DNA of 32,389 nucleotides, taken from contig CAYZYX010000021.1 in the NCBI GenBank assembly GCA_964482715.1, positions 1-32,389 of the forward strand, read 5' to 3'. The notes under the pieces are model-generated. The model was not told where the DNA came from, did no database searches, and saw nothing but the letters and a program-made list of their open reading frames with translations. Below, piece by piece: positions 28,876 to 32,389 of this stretch. This stretch comes from an uncultured Clostridia bacterium. GTDB lineage: Bacteria; Aerophobota; Aerophobia; Aerophobales; B3-G15. Made by a program: the position numbers and the translations under genes. Within the stretch, counting starts at the first letter, position 1. Each line of letters begins with the position of its first letter.

Positions 28876-29295
28876 ATGGAAAAAGAAATCAAAAAAATCA
28901 ATCGTTTGAGTGAGAGGTTAAAAAAGGAAAATGTTGGTTTGATTTATCTGTTTGGTTCTGAAGTTCAAGGAACTTCTACGCCTCGCAGTGATGTTGATCT
29001 GGGTGTAGTTTTCACCACAACAGATTTTTTCAGGGATTCTCAGAAATGCCTTGAGGTTTATGTTTTTTTATATGACCTCTTAAGCGACTTTTTTCCAGAA
29101 AGAGAGATAGACCTTGTATTTCTTCAGCGTTCGCCGCTTTCCCTTCAGTTTGAGGCAGTCACCCGTGGTAAGGTACTTTATGAAATATCTCCCCTGTTTC
29201 GAGCTGATTACACTGAAAGAGTGATCAAAAAATATGTTGATTTTAAACCTCTTCTTGAAAAATTTAATCAGGCAACTCTGGAGGCTTTTCTGTGA
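28876..29295 (+). CDS. mntA: Minimal nucleotidyltransferase antitoxin (MntA-type, type VII TA)
   Basis: GSx10DxD motif 'LFGSEVQGTSTPRSDVDLGV', 'EIDLVFL', 'GKVLYE'; 139 aa. Confidence 0.88.
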   Translation: MEKEIKKINRLSERLKKENVGLIYLFGSEVQGTSTPRSDVDLGVVFTTTDFFRDSQKCLEVYVFLYDLLSDFFPEREIDLVFLQRSPLSLQFEAVTRGKVLYEISPLFRADYTERVIKKYVDFKPLLEKFNQATLEAFL

Positions 29296-29750
29296 AAAGA
29301 GTTCCTTTAAACAAAGTAGTTTTGACCTCTCGACTTGAAGAAATCAGACGCTGTCTCGATGAGCTTGAAAAGTTTAAAAAAATTTCCCTGGATGAATTTA
29401 AGAAAGGTTATAATTTTGCTATATGTGAACATTTTCTGAGAAGAGCACTGGAGGCCGTATTTGATATTGGATCTCACATTCTTTCCCGAATCCCCGGGGC
29501 AAGAGCAGGTACATATAAAGAGATAGCCATTCTTCTGGGTAAAGAAGGTATCTTACCTCAGAGTTTTGTTGAAGATAATCTCGTTAAGATGGCAGGTTAC
29601 AGAAACCGCCTGGTTCATTTTTATTACGAAATTAAGGAAAAAGAACTTTACTTTATCTTACAAAATGATCTTAAAGACATTGAAAAGTTTTGTTTTTATA
29701 TTGCTGAGATTTTAAAAAATCCCGCAAAATGGAACCTGCAGGTAGAATGA
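29292..29750 (+). CDS. hepT: HEPN/DUF86 ribonuclease toxin (HepT-type)
   Basis: Rx4HxY motif 'MAGYRNRLVHFY'; GTGA overlap with the MNT gene. Confidence 0.88.
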   Translation: MKRVPLNKVVLTSRLEEIRRCLDELEKFKKISLDEFKKGYNFAICEHFLRRALEAVFDIGSHILSRIPGARAGTYKEIAILLGKEGILPQSFVEDNLVKMAGYRNRLVHFYYEIKEKELYFILQNDLKDIEKFCFYIAEILKNPAKWNLQVE

Positions 29751-29761
29751 GTTAGGTAAAA

Positions 29762-31216
29762 ATGGCTAAGAAAAAAGATCAAAAAGAAAACCCAAAAGAT
29801 AAACTTTCAAAACAGGTCAAAAAACATCCCGGCCATACTGAACCTGCTTCTAAAAAAGCTACGGGCCACAGGAAAGAAATATCTCCTGCCATCCAGATTC
29901 CACTTATCAACAGAGTAATGGAAATAGGAATTATTCTGGTTGCTGTGGGAACGCCGCTTCTTTTTTCTATCTGGTCTAAGAATAACTTTCTCCTGCCCAA
30001 GGAGACTTATGCTGAAAGTATACTCATAATCCTTTTTGGCATTTATCTTATAAAAGTAGTTGAGGATGGGAAATTCAGTCTGGTAAAATCAGACCTCTGG
30101 TATCCTCTGGTAGCTTTTGCTGCAGTAACGCTCATCTCACTTGTCCACTCCATATCGCTTTACCTTAGCCTTCTTGATCTTGCCGAATTTTTAAGCTATT
30201 TTTTTATCCTCTTTCTTACCCTGAATTTTATCCGCACCTATGCTCAGCGAAACCACATTTTCTGGTCACTGGTGGCGGTTTGCTTCATCTCCTCACTTTA
30301 TGCTGTGTTTCAATTTTACAATATTGAATTCAAATTCTGGGCCCGTCAGGGAGGAAGGGGAAATATATTTTCTACTTTCGGCAATCCCAATCGTTACTCT
30401 GGATTTGTTGGGGGAGTAATTCCGGTCATGGTGGGGTATTTTCTTGTGGTACGGGGCATAAGAAAGTGGATTCTGGGTGCTGTCATTCCCCTGACCTTTA
30501 CAGGAATGATGATGACCTTTACCCGGGGTGCTTTGATGGGACTTGGGGTAGCCCTTCTGGTTATGCTGGTGGTGATTATTTTTTATAAAGGATTTGGATT
30601 TTTCAGGCACTATCTTCTTCGATTTTCTTATCTTATCTTAGTTTTTGGAGCTGTTGTTGCTATTTTTTCCACAGAGAATTTCATAAATATATCCCGTTAC
30701 ACCGTTGTGGAGAGGGCAAGTTCAGCCGTTGCTGCCCAGGAAGTTTCTGTTCGGCAGAGACTCATGATCTGGAAAATAAGCCTGATGATGGCCAAAGATC
30801 GTCCGGTGATCGGTCAGGGAGTTGGAACCTATAAGTATCATTATTTAGTATATCAGGGAAAGTATTTTGAGGACCCCAAAAATCAGGATGAGCTGAAACT
30901 TGCGGTTTGGGCAAGAGAAGCCCACAACGAGTATGTACAGATTCTTGCTGAAATGGGTATTCTGGGATTTATTTTCTGGTTCTGGTTTTTGTTCACCTTT
31001 TTCAGGGGAAGATACCGTTCTCTTAAAGCAGAAAAGGAAAAAAGCTACATTTTTTTCACACGGCTGGGATTTACCATGGGAGCTCTGGTTGTTCTGGTTC
31101 ACGCCACGGTGAGTTTTCCTCTCCACATTGTTCCCAATGGCCTGCTTTTGTTTTTACTGATGGGACTTGCCTGTACGGGAGAAGAAGAAAAGAAAAAGGG
31201 GGAAAACTTTGGCTAA
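29762..31216 (+). CDS. O-antigen ligase / O-oligosaccharyltransferase (Wzy_C) family membrane protein
   Basis: About 12 TM helices; 'STFGNPN', 'TFTRGA', 'RLMIW', 'PVIGQGVG', 'AHNEYVQILAEMGILG', 'SFPLH'. Confidence 0.88.
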   Translation: MAKKKDQKENPKDKLSKQVKKHPGHTEPASKKATGHRKEISPAIQIPLINRVMEIGIILVAVGTPLLFSIWSKNNFLLPKETYAESILIILFGIYLIKVVEDGKFSLVKSDLWYPLVAFAAVTLISLVHSISLYLSLLDLAEFLSYFFILFLTLNFIRTYAQRNHIFWSLVAVCFISSLYAVFQFYNIEFKFWARQGGRGNIFSTFGNPNRYSGFVGGVIPVMVGYFLVVRGIRKWILGAVIPLTFTGMMMTFTRGALMGLGVALLVMLVVIIFYKGFGFFRHYLLRFSYLILVFGAVVAIFSTENFINISRYTVVERASSAVAAQEVSVRQRLMIWKISLMMAKDRPVIGQGVGTYKYHYLVYQGKYFEDPKNQDELKLAVWAREAHNEYVQILAEMGILGFIFWFWFLFTFFRGRYRSLKAEKEKSYIFFTRLGFTMGALVVLVHATVSFPLHIVPNGLLLFLLMGLACTGEEEKKKGENFG

Positions 31217-32330
31217 GTATTATCGGGAGAAAGTAAAAGGGAAAAAGAAGACCTTTTATGGTAAATTAATAGAGGCAATTGTTATCTCCCTTGTAGTTGC
31301 AGTTATTATCTATGTTTTAAGATTTTTAATTACCAGTATACCTGTTGCCATGGCCTTTGTGGGATTAGGCACCCTTATCGTATCCCTATTTGTCCGTCCT
31401 TCCATTAAGGCAATCTGGCATGCTCTCATATGTGCAGGATGTTCGGGCCTTTTTCTTCTCAATCTTACCCCTTTTATGGCCAACGTGCATCTTTTTGAAG
31501 GATATAAAGCTGCTGTTGCCAAACGCTGGGATATAGCCATTAAGAATTACCAGAAAGCCCTGAAATATGACCCGCGTGATGGAGAACTCAATTTTTACAC
31601 CGGTTTTGCTTACATGAAAAAGAAAGAATATGACAAGGCCGCCTATTATTTTAAGAGATCTCTTTTAACCAAACTTGATCCAAGTGCCTTTAACAATCTG
31701 GGAAATGTTTATCTGGAAAAGGGCGAATTTGAGAAGGCTGAAAAAGCTTACCTTGATGCCCTCTATACCCAGGTGTCCCGAATGTACTCTCTAAACAATC
31801 TTGGAGCTATATACCAGAAAACAGGTCGCCTTGATGAATCGCTTGAGATGTTTGAGGAGGCTCTTAAGGCAAATCCTAAATACAAAATTGCCAGGAAAAA
31901 TCTGGAAGTGGTGAAAAAGCTCAGGCAAAAATACGCTTTTATTGAAAAACGTTATGGAAAAGATTTTCTCAGACATTTTTTTACTGCTCAAAGTTTCCTT
32001 CAGTATAAGAGAAAAGATAAGGCAAAGGATGAATATTTGATGGTGTCGAAGATTTTACTGGAAAAAGATAAAAATATCGGTCCTGGAAACCCTGAGTGGG
32101 GGCAAGTTTTAAAGAACCTCGCTCCGCTTTCTCTTGTTTATTCCAATGTTGCCAGTAATCTGGTTAAACTGGGAGAAATTCGCCAGGCAATTTCACTTTA
32201 TGAGGTAACTGTTAAATTCAAACCCAGAAATTTAAAACAGATTTACCAGTACATAGCTTCCCTTTATTTCAAAATAGGAGAAAAGGAAAAAGCACAGAAG
32301 ATGCTGGAAAAAGCTCGCTCTCTTCGGTAG
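31209..32330 (+). CDS. Membrane-anchored tetratricopeptide repeat protein
   Basis: About three N-terminal TM segments, then TPRs ('AIKNYQKALKYDP', 'AFNNLGNVY', 'LNNLGAIY...ALKANP'). TTG 31209 follows a purine-rich SD-like AAGGGGG. Confidence 0.88.
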   Translation: MAKYYREKVKGKKKTFYGKLIEAIVISLVVAVIIYVLRFLITSIPVAMAFVGLGTLIVSLFVRPSIKAIWHALICAGCSGLFLLNLTPFMANVHLFEGYKAAVAKRWDIAIKNYQKALKYDPRDGELNFYTGFAYMKKKEYDKAAYYFKRSLLTKLDPSAFNNLGNVYLEKGEFEKAEKAYLDALYTQVSRMYSLNNLGAIYQKTGRLDESLEMFEEALKANPKYKIARKNLEVVKKLRQKYAFIEKRYGKDFLRHFFTAQSFLQYKRKDKAKDEYLMVSKILLEKDKNIGPGNPEWGQVLKNLAPLSLVYSNVASNLVKLGEIRQAISLYEVTVKFKPRNLKQIYQYIASLYFKIGEKEKAQKMLEKARSLR

Positions 32331-32389
32331 ATGTTTACAGCAAAAGTTTCCTCAATTTATATAGTTTCTAATGCCCAATCAGGTATTTT

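Noticed and set aside
28809-28876. Short AT-only palindromes (TTTTAAAA, TTTTATAAAA) as MntA operators
   Set aside because: Expected by chance in AT-rich intergenic DNA.
131-31991. Many short antisense or alternative-frame ORFs in the track (e.g. 3372-3806, 12223-12618, 20463-20912)
   Set aside because: They shadow well-supported genes and have no recognisable motifs.
32331-32389. Open frame from ATG 32331 to the window end, or the 3' end of a convergent gene (...KYLIGH*)
   Set aside because: Too short and truncated to support either call.
1-32389. CRISPR arrays, tRNA/rRNA genes, prophage or integrase genes
   Set aside because: No spaced direct repeats, cloverleaf patterns, or phage/recombinase motifs were seen by eye.

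Overview
Gene-dense, AT-rich bacterial chromosome segment. lpxA, a large beta-barrel protein and the diderm-type DnaK insert point to an LPS diderm; bpsA suggests a thermophile and the iron-sulfur flavoprotein suggests an anaerobe. Minus strand, 1-4440: a carbohydrate-type ABC importer (binding protein plus two permeases), a branched-chain polyamine synthase (bpsA) and a decayed SAM decarboxylase (speD/speH) gene. Plus strand, 4649-24000: tightly packed housekeeping genes (amrS-gatB-argF-nfi-argG-purB-lpxA-uppP; hflX-Isf-rpiB-CNNM; pfkB-family kinase-grpE-dnaK-dnaJ-mtaB-hisD). Plus strand, 24047-32330: a compact 1583-aa homologue of the type IX secretion translocon SprA/Sov, an MNT-HEPN (type VII) toxin-antitoxin pair, an O-antigen-ligase-family protein and a membrane-anchored TPR protein. 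The SprA-like cluster is the best candidate for an undescribed system. Other highlights: hflX appears to start at a non-canonical ATC codon, and a 146-bp element bounded by inverted repeats lies upstream of it. No rRNA, tRNA or CRISPR array was seen. All family calls come from motif recognition by eye; no database search was run.
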